From positions 496 to 64,495 of the forward strand of contig CALIKS010000017.1 in NCBI GenBank assembly GCA_938017985.1: a DNA stretch of 64,000 nt, read 5' to 3'. Position numbers and translations under genes: made by a program. The notes beneath the pieces were generated by a model that was given only the letters and a program-made list of their open reading frames with translations, ran no database searches and was not told where the DNA came from. Below are positions 18,334 to 28,594 of this stretch, one piece after another. The DNA comes from an uncultured archaeon (GTDB taxonomy: Archaea > Thermoproteota > Nitrososphaeria_A > Caldarchaeales > Calditenuaceae). How positions within the stretch are numbered: position 1 is the first letter of the stretch; each line of letters opens with the position of its first letter.

Positions 18334-18735
18334 TTATCCTTCTGCTTCATCTCGTTCAAGCTTCTGGCCTAGATATGTGTATAATCCTGTTTTCAGTACT
18401 TTTAGGCTCAGGAGCGCACATTTTAGCCTAACCGGGCTCAGCTCTATTCCAAGCATATCGAGAATGTCCTGCCTACTGAGGTTTTTTGCATCTTCTATCT
18501 TCATGCCGATTAGTTTCTCGGTCAGTTTTGAGGCGGATGCCTGGCTTATTGCGCATCCCCTGCCCTTAAATTTCACGTCGCTTATTACTCCATCCTTTAC
18601 TTTTATGAATATTTCGATTATGTCGCCGCATAGTGGGTTTGAATCCCTCATATGTATGTCTGGGTTCTCGATCTCGCCGTAGTTTCTCGGGTTTCTGTAA
18701 TGATCCAGAATCTCGTCAAGCTCTGGAGACGACAT
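18334..18735 (-). CDS. Fe-S cluster assembly scaffold (IscU/SufU/NifU-like)
   Basis: Motifs HYRNPRNYG, NPLCGDIIEI, GRGCAISQASAS and VRLKCALL are present. Confidence 0.85.
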   Translation of the reverse strand: MSSPELDEILDHYRNPRNYGEIENPDIHMRDSNPLCGDIIEIFIKVKDGVISDVKFKGRGCAISQASASKLTEKLIGMKIEDAKNLSRQDILDMLGIELSPVRLKCALLSLKVLKTGLYTYLGQKLERDEAEG

Positions 18736-18830
18736 CCAACAATTACTAGTAAGTCCTCATATTAACCATTAACATTAATACCGCTTCCTAACTTTAAGTA
18801 TAAAACAATTATTAGTGTAGAGGAGTGTTA

Positions 18831-20054
18831 CTATTTCTGAAGTACGTTTCTTACTATGTTCCTGAATTCCTCATCGGTTACTGGTCCCTTCTTCTGTAAT
18901 GATAGATTCTTCACTTGCATGAGAATGTTGTTGATCTGCTCCTCATTTGCCTGTATGCCGAGAGTTCTAAGCTTATCAGCTATCGAGTGCCCTCCACTCT
19001 TCTTGCCCAGTATTATCTTGAACTCGTTGCCGACGAGCTCGGGCAGGTATGGAAGCGCTCCCTGAAGGTATCCCTCGTCTCTGAACCTTACTGAGAACAT
19101 CACGGCTATCCCAGCCTCGTAAGCGAATGACTGGTCGCCCACGACCGGCTTGATAGGCGGCATCTTTACTCCAGACGCCTCCTCTACATATTTTGATAGT
19201 TTGCGCAGATTCTCAAGCCTAAGACCAATATCCATGTTGAGCAGGACTCTTAGTATCACTGCGACCTCTTCAAGCGCCGTTCCTCCTGAACGCTCACCAA
19301 TGCCGTTAACGTTTGTATGTATGACCTCGGCGCCAGCAGTAACTGCGGCGACAGAGTTAGCGACGGCTAGATTCATGTCATTGTGGCAGTGAACCTCGAT
19401 GGGCACGTCTACCCAGGACTTTACCTGCCTAATCAAGTGGGCGAATCCCCACGGAGCCGTTACTCCAAACGTATCAACAATGGCGATCGCGTCAACCTTA
19501 GCTTCACTCACCACTTTAGTTACTAGTGCCTTCAAGTATTCAGGATTTGCCCTCGTGCTATCGACGTTAAAGAAAGTGGTGTGCAGCCCATGAGCCTTTG
19601 CGTACTGAGCTGCGTCGACAGCCATCTCGAGGACTCTCTTCTCATCCCATCTATATCCACGCTCAATAAGCGTCTTAGAGGATGGAAGCTCAATAAGTAC
19701 TCCCCACACATCGGCTCTCAGTGCTGTATCTATATCGTCCCTCCTAGCTCTGCAGAATGCCTTCACCTTTGCCTTCAGTCCCAAGTTAGCGATCTGCTTG
19801 ACTGCCTTGAAGTCGTCCTCAGAGACGACTGGCATGCCTGCCTCGATTCTATGGACTCCGACCTCGTCGAGCAGCTGAGCAATCCTAACTTTCTCCTCAG
19901 ACCTGAAGACGACCCCTGGACACTGCTCGCCATCCCTCAACGTCACGTCATATATCTCGACCTTCCTGGGCAGCTGCATGCTTGATAGGACTTCAGGCGC
20001 AAAGTTAAAAGGACTCACGAACCACTTATCCCCAATCCAAGGAGTAGAACTCAT
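18831..20054 (-). CDS. homocitrate/2-isopropylmalate/citramalate synthase family enzyme (HMGL-like, short form)
   Basis: DVTLRDGEQ and the metal-binding motif EVHCHND are present, with TIM-barrel aldolase layout. No LeuA regulatory domain (407 aa). Confidence 0.75.
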   Translation of the reverse strand: MSSTPWIGDKWFVSPFNFAPEVLSSMQLPRKVEIYDVTLRDGEQCPGVVFRSEEKVRIAQLLDEVGVHRIEAGMPVVSEDDFKAVKQIANLGLKAKVKAFCRARRDDIDTALRADVWGVLIELPSSKTLIERGYRWDEKRVLEMAVDAAQYAKAHGLHTTFFNVDSTRANPEYLKALVTKVVSEAKVDAIAIVDTFGVTAPWGFAHLIRQVKSWVDVPIEVHCHNDMNLAVANSVAAVTAGAEVIHTNVNGIGERSGGTALEEVAVILRVLLNMDIGLRLENLRKLSKYVEEASGVKMPPIKPVVGDQSFAYEAGIAVMFSVRFRDEGYLQGALPYLPELVGNEFKIILGKKSGGHSIADKLRTLGIQANEEQINNILMQVKNLSLQKKGPVTDEEFRNIVRNVLQK

Positions 20055-20111
20055 CGTAATTAAATAGAGAATCTTTTATTTAACTATTAATAAAAGAAAC
20101 ACAAATGATTC

Positions 20112-22268
20112 ATGGTCGAGAGGAGAGAGATGTCTGAGGAAAAATCTAGTATCAGAGAATTAAGTCAACTAGAACTATTCTTTAGGCCAAGGTCAGTCGC
20201 AGTAATAGGAGTATCGGCGAGTAGAGGAAGGATAGGCCACGAGATACTGAGAAGCATCGTCGAGGGAGGCTACGATGGCAAGGTATTCCCAGTCACGATC
20301 TCTGCAAAAGAAATCCTCGGGCTAAGATGCTACGAGTCTGTCTTGCAGATTCCTGAGCCAGTAGACCTAGCCGTGTATGCTCTTCCCTCAAACCTCGCTC
20401 CGCAGATAATGGAGGAGTGCGGAGTTAAAGGAGTGAAGAACGTTATAATCGTCTCGGGTGGTTTTAAGGAGGTCGGAGGCTCAAACATAGACCTCGAGAC
20501 AGAAGTTGTCAGAATCGCCAAGAAATATGGAATGAGGGTAATCGGGCCCAACTGCATCGGAGTCTTCGACGGAAAAAGCAGGTTCGATACATTCTTCCAG
20601 TCTTATGAGAGAATGGTCAGGCCGCCGCACGGTCCTCTCTCATTCATCACTCAGAGCGGAACCTATGGTGTAGCTTTTCTCGAAGAGGCGGCTGAGGAAG
20701 GAATAGGTGTCAGCAAGATGGTGAGCTTCGGAAACAAGGCAGACGTAGACGAGGCGGACTTGATAAGATTCCTCGGAGAGGACGATGACACAAAAGTAAT
20801 AGCAATCTACATGGAGGCAGTGGTAAACGGCAGAAGATTCGTACAGGCAGTAAGTGAGGTCAGCGCTAAGAAACCAATAGTGATACTCAAATCTGGACGG
20901 ACGAGCCTAGGAGTCAGGGCGGCCCAGTCGCATACAGGATGGCTCGCAGGCTCCTATCAGGTCGCAAAATCAATCTTTAAGCAGGCCGGAATAGTCGTCG
21001 CCGAAGACTTTGAGGAGCTCTATGACTGCGCTAAGGCTCTTGCTCTCCAGCCACTTCCCAAGGGCAGGCGGGTGGGAATGCTTACAAACGGTGCGGGAAT
21101 GACTGTCTCGGCTTGCGATGCAGCCGAACAAAGAGGAATACTCGTAGGAACGTACAGCGACGAGACGCGTAAGAAGCTGGTTGAGGCTCTTCCAAAATAC
21201 GCATTGGTGAGGGAGGTCGTTGACCTTACCGGTAGCGCAACTTCTAAAGAATACAAAATCACGATGGAGCATCTTCTCAGCGACGAGAATATTGACCTAT
21301 TGATGCCGTTCTTTGTCTTCCAAGACACTCCGCTGGACGAGGGAATACTGGACGTACTGCCAGAGATGAAGCGCTACGGAAAGCCAATATTAGGCGTCTA
21401 TTCACGGGGAATCTATGGAAGAGAGGTCGCGAAGAAACTCCAACAACGTGGAATACCCTTCTATAGGTCTCCTGAGAGAGCCATAGCGGTCGCCGCCTCG
21501 ATGATTTGGCTAAACGAGTACAGGTCTACGCTTGAGAAAAGATCACTCAATAAAAGGGCTGAGAGACCAGTAGTTGCTGAAGAACATGAGTTGATAAGCC
21601 GAGCTTTGAGGAGCGGTAGGAAAATCTTGCTGGAGCATGAGGGAAAGATGCTCCTAAAGGAATATGGAATACCAGTAACCGAGGGAAGACTTGCTAGGAA
21701 CGAGCATGAAGCAGAGGAGACCGCTGAGAGTATCGGCTACCCAGTAGTGCTTAAGATAGTCTCGCCTGACATTATTCATAAGAGCGACGTGGGCGGAGTA
21801 GTAATAGGACTAAGAGACAGGGATGAAGTCAAAACTGGTTACAGGACAATTATTCAGAACGTGCGTAGAAATAGGCCTGAAGCATTGGTCGAGGGAGTAC
21901 TCGTACAGAAGATGGCTCCCCAGGGACTAGAAGTAATAGTCGGAGGAGTAAAGAATGAAGAGTTCGGACAAGTAGTAATGTTTGGGCTTGGAGGAATCTT
22001 CGTCGAACTGATGAGGGATGTCACGTTCCGACAGGCACCAATCACAGATTTCGAGGCACTAGAAATGATAAGAGAGATAAGGGGATATCCTGTGCTTAGG
22101 GGACTCAGGGGGCAGCCGCCCGTTAAGGAGGAAGCCATCGCTGAAATCCTGACAAAGCTCTCCCAATTATTGATTGAGCAGCCGAGAATCAAGGAGATAG
22201 ACCTTAACCCAGTCTTCGCGTATCAAGACTCGGCGATCGCAGCAGATGTGAGAATACTCCTAGAATAA
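20112..22268 (+). CDS. acd: acetate--CoA ligase (ADP-forming), fused alpha/beta subunits
   Basis: N-terminal CoA-binding domain (FFRPRSVAVIGVS...), succinyl-CoA-synthetase-like middle region with SHTG (AAQSHTGWLAG), and a C-terminal ATP-grasp domain (GYPVVLKIVSPDIIHKSDVGGV). Confidence 0.85.
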   Translation: MVERREMSEEKSSIRELSQLELFFRPRSVAVIGVSASRGRIGHEILRSIVEGGYDGKVFPVTISAKEILGLRCYESVLQIPEPVDLAVYALPSNLAPQIMEECGVKGVKNVIIVSGGFKEVGGSNIDLETEVVRIAKKYGMRVIGPNCIGVFDGKSRFDTFFQSYERMVRPPHGPLSFITQSGTYGVAFLEEAAEEGIGVSKMVSFGNKADVDEADLIRFLGEDDDTKVIAIYMEAVVNGRRFVQAVSEVSAKKPIVILKSGRTSLGVRAAQSHTGWLAGSYQVAKSIFKQAGIVVAEDFEELYDCAKALALQPLPKGRRVGMLTNGAGMTVSACDAAEQRGILVGTYSDETRKKLVEALPKYALVREVVDLTGSATSKEYKITMEHLLSDENIDLLMPFFVFQDTPLDEGILDVLPEMKRYGKPILGVYSRGIYGREVAKKLQQRGIPFYRSPERAIAVAASMIWLNEYRSTLEKRSLNKRAERPVVAEEHELISRALRSGRKILLEHEGKMLLKEYGIPVTEGRLARNEHEAEETAESIGYPVVLKIVSPDIIHKSDVGGVVIGLRDRDEVKTGYRTIIQNVRRNRPEALVEGVLVQKMAPQGLEVIVGGVKNEEFGQVVMFGLGGIFVELMRDVTFRQAPITDFEALEMIREIRGYPVLRGLRGQPPVKEEAIAEILTKLSQLLIEQPRIKEIDLNPVFAYQDSAIAADVRILLE

Positions 22269-22269
22269 C

Positions 22270-22779
22270 ATGGTGTCGAAGCTTAGAAGAATTGTTTTGA
22301 TGTCGCTTTTCGGCGTATTGATATTTATGCCTAAGGTAATGCTGCCAACTCCGCTGGACAAGATCTTATTTCTAGTTCAGGCCTTAGTATTAGGACTAGG
22401 CGCATTATTATTGGGAAAATTAGGTGCGACTTATACTGCTTTTATCGGTGGACTGCTTACAACCATCTTGAGGCCGGCATTCTTTCCACTCTCACTTTTA
22501 TTCGCTGTTCTTTATGGCATGCTGATAGATATGTTCTTCATGGTTTTCAGGGTCAAGACAGCCTCAACCCTTAGAAATAGCAGAATAATAATCTCAACGA
22601 CGTTAAGCACAATTTTCACAGGATTAGTATCATACTACATCACGGCTCATTTACTCGGGCTCTTACCGAGAAATATACTTATTGAAATCACTATACTTGT
22701 GGCTGGGACTGCTACCGGCGCCGTGGGCGGCTGGCTCATTACGTACTTATGGAAAAAAGGGATACAAAACTATGTATAA
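22270..22779 (+). CDS. integral membrane protein, unknown function
   Basis: 169 aa with about 5 hydrophobic helices. It starts 2 nt after the acd stop. Confidence 0.5.
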   Translation: MVSKLRRIVLMSLFGVLIFMPKVMLPTPLDKILFLVQALVLGLGALLLGKLGATYTAFIGGLLTTILRPAFFPLSLLFAVLYGMLIDMFFMVFRVKTASTLRNSRIIISTTLSTIFTGLVSYYITAHLLGLLPRNILIEITILVAGTATGAVGGWLITYLWKKGIQNYV

Positions 22780-22792
22780 CTAGGCTGAGAAA

Positions 22793-23269
22793 TTATTGAT
22801 ACATGCTCTCAGGCGGCTTGGTTGCCTTCACCATCATTTCTAGGAGCTCTTTGCATATGTCCCTAGTGGCTACTAGTGCCTCAGCTAGCTCGTTAATCGT
22901 TACTATTCCGACAAGTTTTCCATCCTTCTCTATGACTGGGAGCCTACGGAATCCATAGCTTGCCATTAGCCTCACTGCGTCGATTAGGCTAGAGTCAGGC
23001 TCGATGGCGATTACGGGGAAGGACATTATCTCTTTGACCTTGGTAGATTTGTGGTCTATGCCTGTCGCTAATACGCGTCTAACCAAGTCTCGCTCAGTCA
23101 CTATCCCGATTATCTTGTTATTCTCCGTGACTAGTAGGCAGCCGACATTCATGCGGTCCATCATTATTGCTACTTCCCTTATCGTCCTATCAGAATCAAT
23201 CATTATGTCTAGTCTTCGTGCGAGGGAGCCGACCTTTATCTGATTCTCACCACTTATTTTCTCACTCAT
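22793..23269 (-). CDS. CBS domain pair protein
   Basis: Two CBS repeats are present (VLVTENNKIIGIVTERDLV and LPVIEKDGKLVGIVTINEL). Confidence 0.8.
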   Translation of the reverse strand: MSEKISGENQIKVGSLARRLDIMIDSDRTIREVAIMMDRMNVGCLLVTENNKIIGIVTERDLVRRVLATGIDHKSTKVKEIMSFPVIAIEPDSSLIDAVRLMASYGFRRLPVIEKDGKLVGIVTINELAEALVATRDICKELLEMMVKATKPPESMYQ

Positions 23270-23392
23270 CCATCATCGAATAATATACTTAGATATCGTG
23301 CTTATCTATTTTCTATTTCTTCGAAGAATACATTAATACTCTATATACTCAAAATATAAATTTCCTCATTATTATAGACTATTTGCTGAGAA

Positions 23393-24376
23393 TTGGCGGA
23401 GGCTACCTGTTCAGCTCCTGGAAAAGTCATATTTACTGGGGAGCATTTTGTGGTCTATGGTGCCAAAGCCATCGCGGGAGCAATCAATCTCAGAGCATAT
23501 GCGACGGCAACTACGAGAAACGACGGAGTAATATCGATATCCTCTGAAGACATGGGTATCCATGCCGAGTGGCGAGGAGCCGAGCTCTTAAGAGAATCTA
23601 AGCGAGGAGCCTCTGAGAGACTCAGACCAATCCGTGAGGCAGTCGCTGGTCTAATCGACAAGGTTAAGGGCAGCGGATTATCTATAAGCATTAATTCACA
23701 GATTCCAAGGGCCTCTGGGCTCGGCTCGTCTGCCGCGGTTTCTGTCGCATGCGTTGCTGCTGGTCTCTATGCCTATGGTTATAAGCCCTCTCATTCAGAG
23801 ATTATTGACCTCGCCTCGATCGCTGAGGGAATAATTCATTATAGGGCGTCGGGAGTCGACCTCGCTGTCTCTACGTACGGCGGAGTCATTTCTTATAGGC
23901 GTGGAAGCAAACCAGCAATGATTGACATCAAGAAGCCGATGAGCCTACTACTGATAGATGTGGGAACTCCTAGGAGGACTGGAGAGATGGTTAGACGCGT
24001 CAACCTGCTTAGGGAGCAATACATATCGATCTTCGAGAAGCTCAGAGAGGCCGTGGAGGAGATAACGGCTGAATGCGAGTTAGCGCTCGTTAATAATAGA
24101 TACGAGAGGCTGGGCGAAATCCTTACTATCAATCACAACTTGTTGAGAGCAATCGGGGTCTCGACCAAGGAGCTTGACGAAGCGCTCGAACTCGCTATGA
24201 GGAATGGCGCAATTGGCGGGAAACTTACTGGTGGTGGAGGAGGAGGATGCTTAATTGCAGTAGTAAACGAGGAAGACATCGACATAGTATACAAGAAGTT
24301 ATCGAGGGCCTACAATGTCTACAAAGTCGCTATTCCTCAGGAAGGCGTTAGATGCGATTCTCTTAGGACCGAATAG
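23393..24376 (+). CDS. mvk: mevalonate kinase
   Basis: GHMP kinase motifs are APGKVIFTGEHFVVYG, PRASGLGSSAAVSVA and KLTGGGGGGC. The start codon is TTG. Confidence 0.85.
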   Translation: MAEATCSAPGKVIFTGEHFVVYGAKAIAGAINLRAYATATTRNDGVISISSEDMGIHAEWRGAELLRESKRGASERLRPIREAVAGLIDKVKGSGLSISINSQIPRASGLGSSAAVSVACVAAGLYAYGYKPSHSEIIDLASIAEGIIHYRASGVDLAVSTYGGVISYRRGSKPAMIDIKKPMSLLLIDVGTPRRTGEMVRRVNLLREQYISIFEKLREAVEEITAECELALVNNRYERLGEILTINHNLLRAIGVSTKELDEALELAMRNGAIGGKLTGGGGGGCLIAVVNEEDIDIVYKKLSRAYNVYKVAIPQEGVRCDSLRTE

Positions 24377-24405
24377 ATTTAAATAAGGCACTCGAAAAAT
24401 TCTAG

Positions 24406-24465
24406 TTGCTGTGATGATTTTGCCGAGTCCTGAACTCGATGAGGACTCCGAGGTTATCTGAGCAG
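24406..24465 (+). ncRNA. candidate C/D box sRNA
   Basis: C box GUGAUGA (24411-17), a 12-nt spacer, D' CUGA (24430-33), C'-like cGAUGA (24437-42), a 15-nt spacer and D box CUGA (24458-61). There is a short terminal stem UUGC/GCAG. TATA-like TTTAAATA at 24378-85 lies about 26 nt upstream. The element is intergenic. Confidence 0.55.
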
Positions 24466-24487
24466 TCGCTACTCATTAAGCCTCTCG

Positions 24488-25381
24488 TCAAATCTTCAGA
24501 AATGAGCCGATGATTATCCCAGCTATCAATGTCAGTCCGAAGACCATTGTGAGCTGCGCAGTCATTGGGTCAGCAGCCTCTGGTACCTCTCGTCTAAAGA
24601 CCTTAATGAGTCTAAGAGCGCTTGGAAGCGTTATAAACGTCAGGAACGCAAATGGCGTCAGGATCCTTGCGAGTATGAGTAGTATGATTATCAAGTATGC
24701 TGAGACTATCACGAGTGTGTAGAGATTTATTGCTCTCTGCTTGCCGAGAATTATTGCCAGCGTCCTTATTCCGGCCCTTTTATCATACTCTATGTCTCGT
24801 ATATTGTTGGCGAGCAGTACTAGGCCTACGAGTATACCGATTGGAAGAGAGATAATCATGACTTCTGGAGCTATCTCTCCGGTTAGGACGTAGTACGTGC
24901 CTCCAGTCATCAATGGGCCCCAGACGAGGATGACTGCGGGCTCACCTAGAGCTCGATACTTAAGCGTAAAGGGACTTGCTGTGTAGAAGTAGCTGAAGAA
25001 TAGTCCTGCCGCGGTGAAGAGCGCGATTACTGGCCCCCTGAGGACTGCGATGTATGTAGCTATTAAAAGAACAGATGCGTATAGCCCAGCCACGACTGAG
25101 ACAAAGATTCTAGTAGATGGCCCCATTCCTAGTAGTGGGTGCTGTCTATACTTAGCGGTGGGTGCTTCGACCGTATCAACTCTGTGTTTTACGTCGAAGT
25201 AGTCATTAGCCATGTTTGTGGCTCCGTGGAAGAATACGAGTCCGACGAGCGTGAGCGCGAAGAGGAGCGGGTCAAGCCATCCCCTACTGAATGCAACGGC
25301 TCCACCAACACCGGCTGAGATAACAGTCATGACGAAGGACCAGGGCCTAGCATACTGGAACCACGTACGCAGGCTCATCAA
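24488..25381 (-). CDS. UbiA-family aromatic/isoprenoid prenyltransferase (MenA-like)
   Basis: About 8-9 TM helices and the Asp-rich motif NMANDYFDVKHRVD. A second motif region is NNIRDIEYDKRAG. Confidence 0.75.
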   Translation of the reverse strand: MMSLRTWFQYARPWSFVMTVISAGVGGAVAFSRGWLDPLLFALTLVGLVFFHGATNMANDYFDVKHRVDTVEAPTAKYRQHPLLGMGPSTRIFVSVVAGLYASVLLIATYIAVLRGPVIALFTAAGLFFSYFYTASPFTLKYRALGEPAVILVWGPLMTGGTYYVLTGEIAPEVMIISLPIGILVGLVLLANNIRDIEYDKRAGIRTLAIILGKQRAINLYTLVIVSAYLIIILLILARILTPFAFLTFITLPSALRLIKVFRREVPEAADPMTAQLTMVFGLTLIAGIIIGSFLKI

Positions 25382-25410
25382 TTAGAGTCGTATTCTGTCT
25401 TTCTTAAACA

Positions 25411-26010
25411 TTATTGGAGTGGCGCGAAGATGAATATAAGTTCCGTCCAGACTATGTGTGATGCTGAGGCCGATGCGAGGGAGCGGGTCTTCACGTAGAG
25501 TAGGCCCCAGACAAGTCCAGCGATTAGGGCTATAAGCATTAGGGGAATGTTCATCGTCCATACATGGACTGATGAGTACAGAAGGGAAGAAAACACTACT
25601 GCATGAATTGACCCCATCCTCTCCCGTAGGCTATGCAGTATGAGGCCTCTCCAGTAGGCCTCCTCTCCTATGCTCGTAAAGATAAGCAGCAAAGCTATGA
25701 GGTATGGCTCGAGACCCACGCCCAACTGGTAGACCTCTGAAGCGCTCTGAGCGACAAAATGCTCTAGAAGAGTATATCCAGCGAGCAATAACAGGTATAG
25801 CCCTATGCCGACCATTATTCCAACCAGCAGCCCCTTAGGCGTTGTTTTAAACTCATGAATGAGACCTCTCCTCCTCATAATCAATGATAAACATAGCAGC
25901 ACAGCCACAGAAAAAGCGAGGCGCAGCCAGAAAGAAGAAAAATTAATCCTAAAAGTAAGGAACCATAATGCATATGCTAAGAGAATGGAAAATAATGAGC
26001 CTCTCCACAA
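25411..26010 (-). CDS. CPBP-family intramembrane metalloprotease (CAAX protease-like)
   Basis: The EExxxR motif (GEEAYWRG) and FxxxH motif (LLYSSVH) sit in a polytopic membrane protein. Confidence 0.7.
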   Translation of the reverse strand: MWRGSLFSILLAYALWFLTFRINFSSFWLRLAFSVAVLLCLSLIMRRRGLIHEFKTTPKGLLVGIMVGIGLYLLLLAGYTLLEHFVAQSASEVYQLGVGLEPYLIALLLIFTSIGEEAYWRGLILHSLRERMGSIHAVVFSSLLYSSVHVWTMNIPLMLIALIAGLVWGLLYVKTRSLASASASHIVWTELIFIFAPLQ

Positions 26011-26051
26011 AACTCATCACCTAGCCAAATCACTAAACAACTCATCCGCTT

Positions 26052-27008
26052 CTAGATGCTTATAGGTCTTAACCATCCACTAATTTTTTTCTTGATAGCC
26101 TTGACTGCCCATAACGGTTCTACTCGTGTACCCATGGCGGCAAACCAGATAGCACTACGTATTCTTCCCAGACTAAGCGATATAAAGAATCCTGAATAAG
26201 AATCGTTAAACCAACGGTGCTTAAGTAATTTTTTCTTCGCCTCATCCACCGACTGTGATTTTAATAGTTTAGTGATGAGTGGGTAATGCTCGGGCAGGTA
26301 TCGCAGTGCATTAAACTTGTTAGGTGCTGTAGCTGACCCCGCATGGCGTCGATATATGTAGCATATTTGACTGGTCTGTCTCCATTTTATGCCGGGTTTT
26401 AAAGATGCGCGTATCCACCATTCTCTAAAACCTGAGTACTTATAGTTCTCATCTATAGGCCCGATGATTTCATATACTCTTTTTCTAAAGAAGCGAGCTG
26501 GTTCGAGAGGCTTCCCTATTATTAGGCTTTCAAATTTGAGATCTGTCTGGACGACCCGTTCAATCCTCGTGACGCCTCCCGAGTCTAACATGACTATGAC
26601 TCTTGGACATAAAACATCAAGTTCATGGTTTTCGGAAAACTTTTCGGCTACGTGTCTTAATGCACCTTCGGCATACATGTCGTCTGAATGTAGGATGCCG
26701 ATTATCTCGCCCCTTGCTCTTCTAATTCCATAATTAGTGGCAGGATACTCTCCTCTTTTTTCCGAGTATATATGCAGCGAGATTCCTTCACAGTCTCTCA
26801 TGAATTCCTTCACGACTTTAACTGTGCCATCAGTAGAGCCATTATCAACGACTATTAGCTCCCAATCATGATAATCCTGAGCGATGACTGAACTTATCGC
26901 CTCACCCACTAGTTTTTCCCTATTAAGAACGGGCATAACTATCGATATCAACTTCAAAACATCTCTACGAGGAGAGTATTTTAAAGTTCCACGTAGACTA
27001 AAGCTCAT
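26052..27008 (-). CDS. family 2 glycosyltransferase
   Basis: It has a GT-A N-terminus ISIVMPVLNREKLVGEAISSVIAQDYHDWELIVVDNGSTDGT and an HSDD (DxD-like) motif. I chose the ATG 27008 start so the ORF does not run into the divergent PadR gene. Confidence 0.75.
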   Translation of the reverse strand: MSFSLRGTLKYSPRRDVLKLISIVMPVLNREKLVGEAISSVIAQDYHDWELIVVDNGSTDGTVKVVKEFMRDCEGISLHIYSEKRGEYPATNYGIRRARGEIIGILHSDDMYAEGALRHVAEKFSENHELDVLCPRVIVMLDSGGVTRIERVVQTDLKFESLIIGKPLEPARFFRKRVYEIIGPIDENYKYSGFREWWIRASLKPGIKWRQTSQICYIYRRHAGSATAPNKFNALRYLPEHYPLITKLLKSQSVDEAKKKLLKHRWFNDSYSGFFISLSLGRIRSAIWFAAMGTRVEPLWAVKAIKKKISGWLRPISI

Positions 27009-27080
27009 TTTAGCGTCGTTGTTTTTGCTAGAATGTTTATGTAAGATATCTATATATTTTGATATTTCGTAATATATCAT

Positions 27081-27596
27081 ATGCATCTGCCATTTGAGCC
27101 ATGGCCTCTCTGGCACGTAGGCAGGGCGAGGCATCTCTGGGGCAGGTTGTTTAAGCCTCTCAGACGCGGAGATTTTAGGTTGCTTGTGCTCGAGGTGTTG
27201 AAGAGGAGACCGATGCATGGATACGAAGTTGCGAAGGAGATAAGCGAGCTGTTCGGCGGCCTCTACGAGCCGAGCCCGGGCATGGTTTATCCGACGCTTC
27301 AATGGCTTGAGGACGAGGGATACGTAAAGGCAGACCAAGTAGATGGAAAGAAGGTCTACAGCATAACAGAGGCAGGCCTGAGATTCTTGGAGAGTAGGGG
27401 GGACAGCATAAAGAGAGTCATGGAGACATGCACAGGATTCCTCTCTGATGAGAGATTCAAACTATTCAGCGAGGGCAGGAGGCTCGCCCAGACAGTCCTA
27501 CTACTACTCACAGATGCGACCGATGAACAATTAAGAGAAGCCGCAAGGATAATTGAGGATGCGAGAAAAAGAATTGCCGAGCTGATGATTAAGTAA
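27081..27596 (+). CDS. PadR-family transcriptional regulator
   Basis: It has the wHTH pattern LLVLEVLKRRPMHGYEVAKEISEL...PSPGMVYPTLQWLEDEGYV and is the first gene of an ABC operon. Confidence 0.8.
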   Translation: MHLPFEPWPLWHVGRARHLWGRLFKPLRRGDFRLLVLEVLKRRPMHGYEVAKEISELFGGLYEPSPGMVYPTLQWLEDEGYVKADQVDGKKVYSITEAGLRFLESRGDSIKRVMETCTGFLSDERFKLFSEGRRLAQTVLLLLTDATDEQLREAARIIEDARKRIAELMIK

Positions 27597-28594
27597 TGTC
27601 GGCAATAATTGTAGAGAGGCTCGTAAAGAGTTTCGGAAAATTAATAGCAGTCAACGAGGCCTCATTCACGGTTGATGAGGGAGAACTCTTCGGATTCCTC
27701 GGACCTAACGGGGCGGGCAAGACAACCACGATAAACATCTTGACCACTCTTCTTATTCCCAGTTCTGGCAAAGCAGTAGTCGGTGGATTCGACGTCGTAG
27801 CCGAGGCCGAGAAGGTGAGGAGAATAATCGGCCTAGTGCCTCAGGACATCACGGTTGACGATGACTTGACAGGGATGGAGAACTTAATGCTACATGCAGG
27901 CCTCTACCACTTAGACAGGCAGGGGGCAAAGAGAAGGGCCAAAGAGGTATTAGAGCTCCTAAACCTCACCGATGCCGCGAATAGGAAGGTTGAGACATAC
28001 TCTGGAGGAATGAGGAAGAGACTAGAACTCGCCGCGGGACTCATGCATCATCCAGACATCCTATTCCTCGACGAGCCCACACTTGGACTAGACGTACAGA
28101 CAAGGACAGCGATATGGAACTACGTGAAAAAGCTGAGAGACGAGCTGGGAATGACGATCTTCCTGACGACTCACTACATGGATGAGGCGGACGCGTTATG
28201 CGACCGAATCGCTATTATCGATCATGGAAGGATAGTTGCGATTGATACGCCTAAGAGCCTCAAGAATAGTCTCGGAGGAGACATAATAGAGCTCGAGGTT
28301 ATGCATAACAATCCAGAAGACGTAGTCCAGCTGATCAATAAGATAGACTCCGTGAAGAAGGCCGCATTCATGGATGGGCTGTTCAGAGTGACGGTCGAGA
28401 GAGGTGAGGAGACGTTGCCCATGATGCTCGAGACGCTCCTCAGGAAGGGGCACAGAGTAACTAGGGTAATCATGAAGAAGCCATCGCTTGAAGAAGTCTT
28501 CCTCGAATACACTGGACGAGCACTCAGAGCAGAGCAGGGCAGCTGGGAAGAAGCGTTTAGACAACGCATGATAATCCAGAGGGCGAGGGCATGA
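27596..28594 (+). CDS. ABC transporter ATP-binding protein (ABC-2/DrrA-like)
   Basis: Walker A is GPNGAGKTT, the signature is YSGGMRKRL and Walker B is ILFLDEPT. Confidence 0.9.
   Translation: MSAIIVERLVKSFGKLIAVNEASFTVDEGELFGFLGPNGAGKTTTINILTTLLIPSSGKAVVGGFDVVAEAEKVRRIIGLVPQDITVDDDLTGMENLMLHAGLYHLDRQGAKRRAKEVLELLNLTDAANRKVETYSGGMRKRLELAAGLMHHPDILFLDEPTLGLDVQTRTAIWNYVKKLRDELGMTIFLTTHYMDEADALCDRIAIIDHGRIVAIDTPKSLKNSLGGDIIELEVMHNNPEDVVQLINKIDSVKKAAFMDGLFRVTVERGEETLPMMLETLLRKGHRVTRVIMKKPSLEEVFLEYTGRALRAEQGSWEEAFRQRMIIQRARA

Noticed and set aside
27009-27338. N-terminal 110-aa extension of the glycosyltransferase ORF (ORF track 26052..27338)
   Set aside because: The extension is antisense to the PadR gene (27081..27596) and has no GT-A features. 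The GT-A fold starts right after Met 27008, which leaves a 72-nt AT-rich divergent promoter region.
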